A stretch of 64,000 bases of DNA. Source: Octopus sinensis (taxonomy: Eukaryota). Every line of letters starts with the position of its first letter. Within the stretch, counting starts at the first letter, position 1. The DNA is taken from the NCBI RefSeq assembly GCF_006345805.1, contig NC_043013.1:14694001-14758000 (forward strand), in the 5' to 3' direction. This document shows positions 11,617 to 24,109 of this stretch, piece by piece. The translations under genes and the position numbers were made by a program. The notes below the pieces were generated by a model. It searched no databases, had not been told where the DNA came from, and saw only the letters and a program-made list of their open reading frames with translations.

Positions 11617-12007
11617 TCTCTACATATATAAAGCTGAAGTTGTCTGTATGGCAGGTTTGGTAGCCTTCAACTAATACTATCTCCTCTGAGACCCTGCAGT
11701 GCAAGTTGACCAAAATTGAGAGTATGATAGAAGAAGGCTTGCTCTTCTTTCCGTAGAAGAAAAGATTCAAATCGGACCATGTTAAGATCAAGAATTATTT
11801 ACACCAAAAAGGTGCTTTTATTCTATGAAAATCCCTATTTTTTTACAATTTTTTTACTGCTGTGTCGCCATTTTCCAGTGTATTTCAGCCAGAAAAGTGT
11901 TCACTTAAAGAGAATAACAAGCTACATAATGCAAAATTTTTACGTTTCAAAAATTCCAATTCTAAAGGGTTGAAACAAACCCGAGCAATGCTGGGCGATA
12001 CTGCTAG
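11617..12007 (+). mobile_element. Non-autonomous Helitron (family 2)
   Basis: A|TCTCTACATATATAAA start, CCCGAGCAATGCTGGG hairpin, then CGATACTG-CTAG|T end. Confidence 0.85.
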
Positions 12008-12484
12008 TCATTATTGTAAACTGATGAGATGGTAGAATTATTAGAGCATTAAATAAACATGCTTTGTGGCATTTGCTTTGGCTCTTTATATTCTGAGTTC
12101 AAATTCAAACTATAGGTTAATTTTACCTTTCTTCTCACAGGGTTGATGAAATAAAGTACTAGTTAAAGTACAGGGTTTGATGGCAATGACTAATGTACTC
12201 ACCCCCAAAATTACTAGTCTTGTGTCTAAATCAGAAGCTATTATTACTAGTGGTGATAGTAGTTGTAATAGTTGTAGTAAATGTTTAACAGTCTTGCTGT
12301 GAATGGAATCCAGCATTTGTGGTGCTGCTAAATAAAACCCATACCAAATATCCATTAACAAACAAATGGTTGAATGGATGTATGTTGGTAGTTTCTCTCC
12401 TAGTCTGACCTCAACATAAGCCGTTTAGGTGGGTGTGTATAGACACACACACACACATACATACATGAATGCACACATACATAG

Positions 12485-12515
<31 letters not shown>

Positions 12516-13399
12516 TGAATGCACACATACATAGACACACACATACACAGACACGCACAAACACACAAGTTTCCTGAGTTTATATAGTGTAAACAGTAAT
12601 TTATAGATTCTGCGGCAACCGACAGATTAATGAAACAATTTGCTCGCTCCCATTTGTATTTATTTTGGTTCTGGACCGAGAAATAAATTATATTTATCTT
12701 CATTGTTGAATCAAGCTGAAGTCTTACTTTTGTTTGGCATCAGTCGACTATGGATTTCCTGAAAGACTCATAAAAGCAAAGTTCATTTTTTGAAAGTCTA
12801 CTTTCAGGGGATTTTTCCATTTATTCTGTTGATTTCAGTATTTGTAGAGTGTGCAGAATCATTAGCATGCCAGGCAAAATGCTTAGTAGCATTTCATCTG
12901 TCTTTATGTTCTGAGTTCAAATTCTATTGAGGTCTCCTTTGCCTTTCATCCTTTCAGGATTGATAAAATAAGTGCCATTTGAGCACTGGGGTCGATGTAA
13001 TCATCTTAACCCCTCTGGCCTTGTGCCAAAATTTAAAATCAGTATTAGCAAAGTATATATATATATATCCCCGTGCCGGTGGCACGTAAAAAGCACCATC
13101 TGATCGTGGCCGTTGCCAGCCTCGCCTGGCCCCCGTGCTGGTGGCACGTAAAAAGCACCATCCGACCGTGACCGTTTGCCAGCCCCGTCTGGCACGTAAA
13201 AAGCACCCACTACACTCATGGAGTGGTTGGCGTTAGGAAGGGCATCCAGCGTAGAAACACTGCCAGATCAGACTGGGCCTGGTGCAGCCTTCTGGCCTCC
13301 CAGACCCCAGCTGAACCGTCCAACCCATGCTAGCATGGAAAGCGGACGCTAAATGATGATGATGATGATGATGATATGTCTTATATCTGAGTATAACTT

Positions 13400-13800
13400 C
13401 CAACTGCATCTGGTAGTAGGGCTCTGATTTGGGAGTTCCAGGGTTTTGAGGTGCATAGAATCTCTTGGCCACTTATGTTGCCAGGTCTGCTCCGACTGAG
13501 AACATAGTACTTGTTAGGGTATCATTTGTGGGTCAATTAGCATGTTTTTGGAAGAAACTCCAAGCACAAGCCCTTACCGCCTTGTGAATATCTTGGGAAA
13601 GGAATAAGCTTGGAGAGTCAACCCTGACAGTCAATCAAGGAGTAGAGTCTCTTGAGTGGGTCCAGTGTCCCCTTTGACACCATTCTTGTTCTTCTTGGAT
13701 AGATGGAGCTCTCCCTTTCTGAAGGCTGTTCACTTAGGAGAAGGCCACTCTAATGTAAAACCTACAGCATGCTGGTCACTGCAGCTGTCTTAGCTATCCG
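13400..13800 (+). mobile_element. Possible decayed RTE 5' region
   Basis: cacttaggagaaggccactctaatgtaaaacc resembles RTE 5' leader motifs from memory; no ORF support. Confidence 0.3.
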
Positions 13801-14785
13801 TGTCACTCTGTAGGGTAGGTGTGAGAGGCTGGATCTGGCCTGCTTTGAACATAAAGCAGGAAGAATATTTTGACCGGATATGGCCAGTTTAAATGCTAAA
13901 GGGTTAAAACTACTAAGCATGAAGAGAGAAAAAAAACCCTGCGGTGTCTAGGATCAATTTACATAGACTTGACACTCTTCCTTGTGATCTAAGGGCACAA
14001 AGAAACTGTTATCTTATATCTGTGGTATTTCTCTTGCTCTTTCTTCAGGCTAGGTAACCATGTATCTCTTTTACAGCAGCAAACCTGTTTCTATCTTCTT
14101 TCTTGCTAAATCTCTCTCTCTCCCCCCCCTCTCTGGGCAACCTCTTCAGCAGCACACCTGTTTCTGCCCTCATTCTTGATCATTCCCTCTTTCTCCTTGT
14201 CTTGCTCTTCCCTCCAACTAGGTAACCATGCAGGTGCAGTGGCCAACTGGATGAAGTAGTACACCTGTTTCTGCCCTCTTTCTTGTCAACTCTCTCTTCC
14301 CTTCTTTCTTTCTCTCTCTCTCTCTCTCTTTCTTTATCTCTCTGGCTGAATAACCATGTACCCCCTCTACAGCAAGACCTCTGTTTCTGCCTCTCTGTCA
14401 CACTCTAACCTATCACCATCTGGCACAAGATCACTTCATCCAATGCCCTCTCAAAGATTCCTATACTAAAGGTGGTATCTACTAACAGCTACATAGACTG
14501 GACATGTTAATTTCATATAAGAAATTAATACTTGCCAGTGTTTTGATTGTAGACATTGTTCAATAAACTATACCACCATTCTGGTACCTACATACAGCTA
14601 GGTGGACTGTTGACAATTAAATATCTTAGCCATGGATACAGTGTAGTGTTGGTGATAATACAATTTGCCAGCCTTGTTTTATAATACTAGCTGGCCATTA
14701 CTGTTTTGACCGAGCCATGCACACTTTCATTAACTACTGCTTCATAATTGAAATTTACTGAGGCAGTATTTTGAGGAAGAAGACT

Positions 14786-15175
14786 TGGGGCTAAACAACA
14801 ACAGAGAAGAGTACATTGAATAATGTAGCCCTGATGTGCTATGACTGAAAAATAAATTGGATGGTCATGGTTGGAATGCCTTTGATGATAGGTCTACTGA
14901 GTCAGGACTAACCTGGGGCTAAACAACAACAGAGAAGAGTACATTGAATAATGTAGCCCTGATGTACTATAACTGAAAATTAAATTGGATGGTCATGGTT
15001 GGAATGCCTTTGATCATAGGTCTAGTCAGGACTGACCTGGGGCTAAACAACAACAGAGAAGAGTACATTGAATAATGTAGTGCTGATATGGTATGACTGA
15101 CGATTAAATTGGATGGTCATGGTTAGAATGTCTTTAATCATAAGTCTACTCAGTCAGGACTGACCTGGACCTAAA
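14786..15175. repeat. Tandem repeat, three units of ~124-128 bp
   Basis: ggggctaaacaacaacagagaagagtacattgaataatgtag recurs at 14787, 14915 and 15039. Confidence 0.9.
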
Positions 15176-15975
15176 TACTAGTTCACCAGACTTCTGTCTC
15201 ATAATGTATTTGTAAATATTATTTTAGGATGGCCTTTGTATTTTCTTTTTCAAAATTTTGTTTGCTTTTGTGTACTCACAGAAATCATGTGACAATATTG
15301 TTATTGATAACAGATTTAAATAGAACACAAAAAGCTGACTAATGAGATAGTGTTTCATAGAAATAATTAAAATTTTCATGCTAATGGGTAGGCACAAGGC
15401 CTAGTGGTTAGGGTGTTGGACTGATGGTCATTATGTTACGAATTCAATTCTTGGATCATGTTGGGTTTTCTGTCTTTGCATAAGGCACTGAATTTCATAT
15501 TGTGCGAGAACACTCAGTTAAAAAGGAGTACCAGTGATACCTGGGGGTTGGCCCTGTGAAGATTGCCATCCAGTTCAGTAGTGGTGGGTTAGGGTTAGTA
15601 TTTTGTAGCTTCAACCTAAATATCTGGAAAATCTGAATAAGTTTCGCCATCTTGTAGGCTCAAGATAGATATTTTTTTTTACCATATTTTTCATCATTGC
15701 ACTGTTTAGCCCTAGGCATGGTAACCAGTGGTGTGACTATGTGGTTAGGAAGCTTGCTTCCCAACTATGCAATCTCAGGTACAGTTCCACTGCATAGCAC
15801 CTTGCGTAAGTGTCTTCTACTCTAGCCCCGGACCAACCAGAGTCTTGTGAGTGAATGTGGTTTACAAAAACTGAAAGAAGCCCATTTTGTGTGCCCTTGT
15901 TTTGACATCATGTAAGGATTGCACACGAGCATCATCATATAAGCAATATTGTTCATTTTCAGTCATCTGTAGAAA

Positions 15976-16212
15976 CTTTGACTTGACTTGAGACAGCATT
16001 CACCTAGGGTGGGTTGAGCTGGCTTCATCCATCCTCAATGCTGCATCTCTCAGAAACGCCAACCAGGCCTGGCGATTTGAGTCTAACGATCGCGTGATCT
16101 CCAACCACTCCTTATTCCAGCGGCGAACGCCGTAGATATGGAGACCTAGGTTGGGTTCCAGATCAGCCTTGACTGTCATCAGCCAGGTTTTTCGTTGTCC
16201 ACGACAAACCTT
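15976..16212 (-). mobile_element. 5'-truncated RTE LINE (type 1), second copy
   Basis: Nearly identical to the 3' part of 1199-1610, same TCAAG tail. TSD ATCTGTAGAAA at 15965-15975 and 16213-16223. Confidence 0.9.
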
Positions 16213-17256
16213 ATCTGTAGAAAGCATGTGAGGCTAAAGGAAATATTATCTCCCTCAACAAATTCCATCTGAGCCATGCAAGCATGGAACGGTGTACACT
16301 AAACTACGATAAGAAGAATTTCTGTTGAAGTTTACTGCCTTTGTTCCAATTAATTTTGAAAATAGCGAAGAATTTACAAAAATAGCTATAGATAGATATC
16401 ATGTCATAATTCTCACTGTTAAGAACATCATCATCGTTTAACGTCCGCATTCCATGCTGGCATGGGTTGGACGATTTTGACTGAGGGCTGGCGAACCAGA
16501 TGGCTGCACCAGGCTCCAATCTGATCTGGCAGAGTTTCTACAGCTGGATACCCTTCCTAACGCCAACCACTCCAAGAGTGTAGTGGGTGCTTTTTACGTG
16601 CCACCAGCACGGGGGCCAGTCAGGCAGTACTGGCAATGACCTCGCACGAATCTTTTTACACGTGCCACCAACACAAAGCTTCTAAAATTGCCAGAATAAT
16701 TTGAATGATTGCTTTGGTTCAAAAGTAGAATGTCTGTCATTATGAGTTCAAGTCCCTCAGGCAGCTTTTGACTTTTTCCATCTAAAGGTTTTTTTGGGGT
16801 TTTTTTAACACAATATTTGCATGCTATTATTTATAGCAACCATGGGCTAACTTTGGGTCACAGGCTGTGTGTGGCCTACAGGATTTCCTGAATGGAATGT
16901 TTGATAAGAAAAATTACTTAAATTTTTTTTTTTTTTTAGTAGTATGGCCTATCTGGTGATGAGCCATGTCATATGCAGCCTATCTCTCAAAAAAGGTTGC
17001 CCCCATGCCCGGTTTATTACTTTACCTACTTTTGAGTTTCACCATTTAAAATGAACGACACCTTGAAAACAAAATAATGAAAAAGAAAAAAAGAAAATCA
17101 ATCACATATAATTCCTAAAGTTTTTAAATGAATATAGACCAACTAATTTCATGATCTCCAGTTATGTTGTGCTGAGGAGCCCATAACAAGGGTAAAATGG
17201 CACTATCCACAACTCCTAGGACACCTGAAAAGAAAAAAAAAAGTAAATGGATTATA

Positions 17257-17500
17257 TACTTTACTCTTTACTCTTTTGTTTCAGTCATTTGACTGTGGCC
17301 ATGCTGGAGCACCACCTTCAGTTGAGCAGATCGACCCCAGGACTTATTCTTTGGATGCCTAGTACTTATTCTATCAGCCTCTTTTGCCGAACTGCTAAGT
17401 TACAGGGATGTAAACACACCACCATTGGTTGTCAAGTGATGTTGGGGGGACAAACACAGACACACAAGCATATACACACATACATACATATATATATATG

Positions 17501-17556
<56 letters not shown>

Positions 17557-17736
17557 TACATACATACATACATATATACGACGGGCTTCTTTCAGTTTCC
17601 ATCTACCAAATCCACTCACAAGGCCTTGGTCGGCCCGAGGCTATAGTAGAAGACACTTGCCCAATGTGCCATGCAGTGGGTCTGAACCCGGAACCATCTG
17701 GTTCGTAAGCAAGCTACTTACCACACAGCCACTCCT
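17257..17736 (-). mobile_element. Full-length SINE family A with expanded (TA)n linker
   Basis: Complete head, central domain, microsatellite and (AAAGAGT)n tail. Confidence 0.9.
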
Positions 17737-17992
17737 ACGCCTATATGATAATATTATTTTATATCCTCTCTCACTCATAAAAAAAAAACCTCTCATAATA
17801 ATGATAAAAAAAGAAAACTCATAAATCGATGAGCTGTTTTTTCCCCTCAAAAGGAAATGTCACCCTCTCTTCTGTTTCTCAGTAAACTGTATCTCTCTTT
17901 CCCTCTCTTACTCTGGAAGCAACTGTAGGTGGCAGCATAAATGTCCCCGTCAAATTTTCCCATGAGTGTGGAAAATATTCTACTTGTTTTAA

Positions 17993-18392
17993 GGAGTGGC
18001 TGTGTGGTAAGTAGCTTGCTTACCAACCACATGGTTCCGGGTTCAGTCCCACTGCATGGCACCTTGGGCAAGTGTCTTCTACTATAGCCTCGGGCCGACC
18101 AAAGCCTTGTGATGGATTTGGTAGACGGAAACTGAAAGAAGTCCGTCGTATATATGTAGATATATATGTGTGCGTGTATGTTTGTGTGTGTGTGTTTGTT
18201 CCATCCAACATCGCTTGACAACCGATGCTGGTGTGTTTATGTCCCCGTCACTTAGCGGTTCGGCAAAAGAGACCTATGGAATAAGTACTAGGCTTACAAA
18301 GAATAAGTCCCGGGGTCGAGTCGCTCAATTAAAGGTGGTGCTCCAGCATGGCCGCAGTCAAATGACTGAAACAAGTAAAAGAGTAAAAAAAA
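17993..18392 (+). mobile_element. Full-length SINE family A
   Basis: Same family as 17257-17736, opposite orientation, about 260 bp away. Confidence 0.9.
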
Positions 18393-18818
18393 AAGAGATC
18401 CAACCTCTCACACCTACCCTACAATATCGTTCTAAAAATATGCAATCACATCATCACAAAATTGAAGCTACAAGATAATGCCTGATTAATTCAAAACTAT
18501 GAATAAACAAGCAATAAACTGGACAAAGAAACCCGAATGCTCAAGAGTGCATGTCCATGTTCCATGCTGGTATGGTTTGGATAGATGTTAAAATTTTTGA
18601 GAAAACGTGACGGCTTTGACAATTTGACGGCTTTAGTGATCAGATTATTTTGTCAAATGTAATGCTTTTATATTCAAATTGTTTTGAATTAAACATACAT
18701 TCTCTTATAGTTTTGAGGTTTCAATTATGTGATTGATTATTTTTAGAATGTCAATGTAGGCTTGGTGTGAGAGGTTGATGTGGCCAGTTTGAATATAAAA
18801 CATGTAGATATGGTGAGT

Positions 18819-19132
18819 TTAACCCATAAAGCACTGGGATTTGCATGTACATAGCATGGACTGCTGAGCACATAGTATGAAAATGAGACTACCATGCGCA
18901 CATAAAAAACAAGAAATAGTTAAAGTATCTTCTTAGTGTATAATAATGGCAAGAAGTCATTAGTTGAACTATTAGTCCCCTTGCATTCTAAGAGGTATCG
19001 GAACGTTGGAGTGATATTAGACCACAACAAAGGCCCATAAATTAAATGCATCTATCTGGGTGGGCCATGATCGTGGCCTGTCGACCTGTACCTCATGGCC
19101 ACGATTATGGCCTGTTGTGCCTTAGGTGTTAA
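18819..19132. mobile_element. TTAA-bounded MITE nested inside a family P2 piggyBac-type MITE
   Basis: TTAA-CCCATAAAGCAC...GTGCCTTAGGTG-TTAA. Removing it rejoins the host end gatatggtgagTTAAatgctaaagagttaa. Confidence 0.65.
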
Positions 19133-20651
19133 ATGCTAAAGAGTTAAAGCAAGAACATTCTCTGATCTGCTGACTGATCAGAAGGATCACTGTTGATAGA
19201 AAATCTGTTGCTGTGTCAAAGGTCAAGTGGTATTTATCAAAGATCAAACAGTTTTTTTTAATTAAGTGGAGTAAAGTTAGTTTCAATATTTTTCATGTTA
19301 TGAGTATCAAGGCTTAATTAGAAGTAATTATTTGCTAAGGAAATGACAATGTTAGCTTAATGACTAATAGTATTTAAATAATTTCAGGCATAGCTGTGTG
19401 GTTAAGAAGTTTTTTTTGTGATCACATGGTTTCAGGTTCAGTCCCACTGCACAACACCATGGGCAGATGTTTTCTACTATAGCTCTGAGCCAGTCAATGC
19501 CTCATGGACAATAAGCTGTTCACAAAATTTGCACCTGTGCTAATTCATATACATTAACTCACACCAAGCTATCCTGTTTGTATATCTAGGCATAATGCAT
19601 GTAACTGCACGAAAGGAAACTATTATACTTACATAAGCTCAACGGGTTCATTGCCTATAGCCAACTCTTATTCAACATATATCCCTTCATTCAATATTGG
19701 ATTTTAGGAACCTGGTCTGGCCTAAGCACTTTTATGTTGTAATTTTACACATTTTCTTACCTTATATATATATATATATGAAGACCTGTCAAGCCAAGTG
19801 TGATTGCAGTTATGGTTGATGGCAGTGTTGCGTAACTGGCATGTTAAAAGAACCCACTACACGCTTGGAGTGGTTGGCATCAGGATGGGCATCTAGCTGT
19901 AGAAACCACACCAAATCAGATGAGAACCTGGTGCAGCTCCCTAGCTTACCAGTTTCCAGTCAAACTGTCCAATCCATGTCAGCATGGAAAACAGACATTA
20001 AATGCTGCTGCTGATGAAGATGATATATAAAATTATTGTTTTGTAGGATTCATTTGAATTGGTATTTTAAAAATAAGGACTCCAAGTTAGAGTCATGGTT
20101 AGCACAGCTGTGTATATACCATATACAGACATGTGTATACCTATATATATATATATATGGACATGTCCTAACACTTACATACATATGCACATGAACTAAT
20201 CAATATACACATCTATATAAATATACATGTATATGAAATTATATACACATGCAGGCTGATACAGTTTCATGAATCATTGCAAGTTCCAGCTCCAATGTAG
20301 GAAAGTTCCAGGTGTAGTGTTTACATGAAGAACACAAATAGGTTAAGGTTCACAACAGCTGTTTCAGACGCGTTTTTTATTGATGAATAAACTGATTACA
20401 TCATGAAAAGGCAATGTAGAAGATATATACCAATGAGATCAGCTACCTCAGCAGAATCACTTGATCCCATTGTTATATCAAGTTATCTGGGGTATCACTC
20501 CTTGTCCAACCTGCCCTCAAATTTGATAACCGTTCAACTAGCTATCAAAATAATGTCTATTTGATCCTTAGAGAGGGAATAATTATTTCTAGCAAATATA
20601 AGGGTTTTATTTGAAAGTATAGGAGATATGCAAGAGTAATATGAGTTTATG

Positions 20652-21482
20652 TTAACCCTTTCGTTACTATATTTCTGACCAAATTACACCTCTTATGTGT
20701 TTCAATTAATTTCTAACGTAATCATAAATTTAGTCTGGTTTCATTAAACAACTATAACTTTTTTATTTATTGATATATTAATCTGATTTTTGGAAGATAA
20801 TTTAATGAAATATTCTCAACCAATTCTATACTATAATTTTTGTCACAAAGTGACTCTATTTGCAGGTAGATACAGGTAAATTCCACAAAATATGAAATTA
20901 TTAAAATTTTGTTCAAACATCGCTATAGAAAATATTAGCTAATATTCAATTGGGTATACAACAAAATTTTACGATAAAATTTGTTATTCTGGGTAACTTT
21001 CTGATACCCATAATAATATTTATGGCAAAATAGGCCTTAATTTCATTTAAGGTTGTGGGAAATAACAAACTATCCTTTCTTTCGTTTTGTTTACGTTTAG
21101 CGTAACGGTTCGTTTTCACTGTAATGATTTCAAATAGGCTCATTCGAAAAAGTAAATAGAAATAGCCTAAGGCTTTACCCTTCTGGGAAAGTCTGTGGCT
21201 TGGTCCAGTTTCTGCAGAAAAATCACCGAAAGAAACAGTTTTTAAATTTTCACTCCATTCAGGTGCCAATTCGTTTTCTTTATCGCTATCGGAGATCTCA
21301 GATTCACTGTTTTCACTTTCGGAAAATGAAACATCAAATTCATTATCAAATACCATGTGCTTTTTTTTTTCAGTCATAGAGTTAGATTTATGAAGGTCTT
21401 CAGTAGAAAATCCTTCAAATTCTGATATTCTCATTTAAATATGAATAGGTAAATTCGGGCGGTTTGGTAATGAAAGGGTTAA
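20652..21482 (-). mobile_element. Internally deleted piggyBac transposon with transposase N-terminal fragment (ORF 20946-21434)
   Basis: TTAA on both sides and CCCTTT termini. The ORF has an acidic N-terminus then YFYLLF..LFEIITVKTNRYA...PTTLNEIKAYFAINIIMGIRKLP, typical of the start of the piggyBac DDE_Tnp_1_7 domain. Confidence 0.88.
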
Positions 21483-21499
21483 ACTTAAAAATGAGTGTA

Positions 21500-22015
21500 T
21501 ATCATCATCATCATCATCATTTAATGTCCATTTTCCATGCTGGAATGAGCTGGACAGTCTGACAGGAGCTGGCTTGCTAAAGATCTGCCTGAGCGCCATA
21601 TCTGTTTTGGCATAGTTTCTACTAATGGATGCCCTTCCTAATGCCAACCACTTTACAGAGTGTACTGGGTGTGTTTACACAGCATTGGTACAGGTGTGTT
21701 TATGTGGCACCGGTACAGGTTCATTTACGTGACACTGGTACAAGTGGGTTTCTGTGGCACCAGCACAGGTACTTTTTACATGGCACCAGCACCTATAAGC
21801 CCACAAGATTAGGAACGCTCAGCTGGAGAGGGATGCAGGGACATGCTTGTATGCAAGGACAACCATAATTTTACTTAGCTTGATGTGTCTTCTCAAGCTC
21901 AGCAAACCACCAGGAGTCTTGGTCCTCTGTCATCCCTTCCATGAGGCCCAACATCTGAAGATCCTTTCTCACCACTTCGTTCCATGTTTTCCTGGGAAGA
22001 TATGGGATGAAGTGG
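21500..22015 (-). mobile_element. RTE LINE type 2: ORF end plus 3'UTR
   Basis: Minus-strand PRKTWNEVVRKD-like remnant continuous with the (GAT)n-tailed 3'UTR. Confidence 0.75.
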
Positions 22016-22025
22016 TGCTATATAT

Positions 22026-22330
22026 TTCTGAGACCGCCTTCGGTCATGATTGACCATGGGATTGCACCTAGAAAGTTACCCTCCAAGGCACAAGTCCAGG
22101 CAAGGTTGTTTATGGAAGACCAGCAGTCGCCCATGCATACCAGCCTCCCTTCTCCATGTCACCGATGTTATCCAAGGGAAAGGCAAAGGGGCCGATACAG
22201 CTTGGTACCTGTGACGTTGCAACTCATTTCTACAGCTGAGTGAACTGGAACAACATGAAATAAAGTGTCTTGCTCAAGAACACAACATGCAGCCCAGTCT
22301 GGGATTCGAACTCACAACCTCACTATCGTA
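22026..22330 (-). mobile_element. tRNA-derived CORE-like SINE family C (similar to octopus OR-type SINEs)
   Basis: B-box gttcgaatccc, core gtgttcttgagcaagacacttt...cactcagctgtag, fixed 3' end ...gaaggcggtctc. Copies at 28998-29340 (-), 48835-49160 (-), 51618-51950 (+), 60914-61030 (partial). Confidence 0.8.
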
Positions 22331-22951
22331 ATATATATATATATATATATATTATACTATATTTTTTAAATATCTATATGAAATGCTTGGCAGTTTTTCT
22401 TTTTCCAATAAGACAAAAGTTTACACCAGGGCCGGCCATTAATCAGTTCCGTTCAATAACAGCCGTTGCCAAAAAAAACTGAACAGATTTCTCAGTGTTC
22501 TTCTTGTACAATTAATAACTGTTATATTTCAATTCTGTAATCTATCTTACAATTCTTCAATAATAAACTCCAAAAGCAAGTCTCCAATACCAACAGAGAC
22601 AGACCCGTTTTCTTGCCAGTCAAACTTACTTCAGCTGTTGTTGATATTGTCTTTTCATTTATTTTTTTCCTCTTCTGTCTTTCTTTTGCTTCTTCTGCTG
22701 TCACCTTCATCTTTGTTATTCGTTGTCTCCTCTCTGCTTTCTTCTGTCTTCTTTGTCTGTCTTTGCCTATCTTTCTTCTTTTTTCTCTTCCACCTCACTG
22801 TCCTTGTCTGCTGTTTCCTTGTCTTCTGTCTCTTGTTTTCTGTCACCTATCAATCAATTTTCCACACAAATTAATAATATTTGATTAGTTACAATTAAAA
22901 CACCATTATGCTGTTAGCTTATTGCAGTTAGAAGAGAAAAAACCAGTGAGT

Positions 22952-22954
<3 letters not shown>

Positions 22955-22992
<38 letters not shown>

Positions 22993-23066
22993 TATATGCA
23001 CATATACATATATATATACATAAAATATATATATATATACATATAAATATATATATACATATACAC

Positions 23067-23126
<60 letters not shown>

Positions 23127-23130
23127 TCAT
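22955..23130. repeat. (TA)n-rich microsatellite
   Basis: Direct reading. Other long TA/TG tracts at 17480-17575, 34997-35100, 43130-43202 and 51538-51618. Confidence 0.95.
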
Positions 23131-24109
23131 ATATACAAACACACACACATGAGTAAGCAGTAGTACTCAAATACCAAAGGTAGAGTAATATGCTTTTATT
23201 GAAGCCAGAAAATTTTCGCAAGCTGTTTCATATTACCATTCATCGGACAGTTGTGATCATAGTATGAAAGATATTTTGCCACTTCCCTTAGTAATTTACT
23301 CATTGTCCTCCTCTATAGTTCACTCTTTTCTCACTGTGTGTAGGGGTAGGGAGTCAATTCTTTACTCATTGCCTCCCACCAAGCCTAGTATGTATACATA
23401 CACATACATAGATGTAAATGCTTGTGAATAATATGTATACATATATGTAAATAGTGCTTACATAGATATATGCATGTGTGTGTATATATACACACACACA
23501 CACACACTCGTACATGCATGCTCATACATTCATATACACACATATGCAGGACTATATCTATAAATATGGACATATAAAAACAAGATTATACATACATAGG
23601 GGTATAAATGTATATAAATACTCTCTCACGCACACACACATATACATTATACATTAATAATGTGATTTGTTTACAAGACCCCTCCACCACATCAGAATTG
23701 ATACTGGTGCTAGTTCTCCATTAAAAGCACTGGTACCACATACACAGCACCCAGTACACTCTGTAGAGTGGTTGGTGTTAGGAAGGGCATCCAGCCATAG
23801 AAACCTAACCAGAACAGATAATGGAGCCTGATGTGGCTTCTGGCCTTACCAGCTCAAGTCAAACCATCCAACCCATACCAGCATGGGAAATAGATGATGA
23901 TAATGATTTTTCGATCATGGCCGCTGCCAGTCTCCCCTGGCACCTGTGCTGGTGGCACGTAAAAAACACCCACTACACTCACGGAGTGGTTGGCGTTAGG
24001 AAAGGCATCCAGCTGTAGAAACACTGCCAGATCAGACTGGAGCCTGGTGCAGCCTCCTGGCTTCCCAGACCCCAGTCGTACTGTCCAACCAACGATGATG
24101 ATGATATTT

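Noticed and set aside
13068-13200. HDV-like ribozyme reading of the RTE 3'UTR module (CAG-CCTCGC-CTG resembles P3/L3)
   Set aside because: No P1.1 GG, no catalytic C in the J4/2 position, and L3 length varies among units.
20345-20400. GAAAC-AGCT-GTT on the minus strand
   Set aside because: No CTGANGA or stem I partner upstream.
23215-23255. Hammerhead-like CCGATGA-ATG-GTAA-TAT-GAAAC-AGCT on the minus strand, followed by AATAAA
   Set aside because: U4 is substituted, there is no GUH after the palindrome and no stem I pairing; at best a dead remnant.
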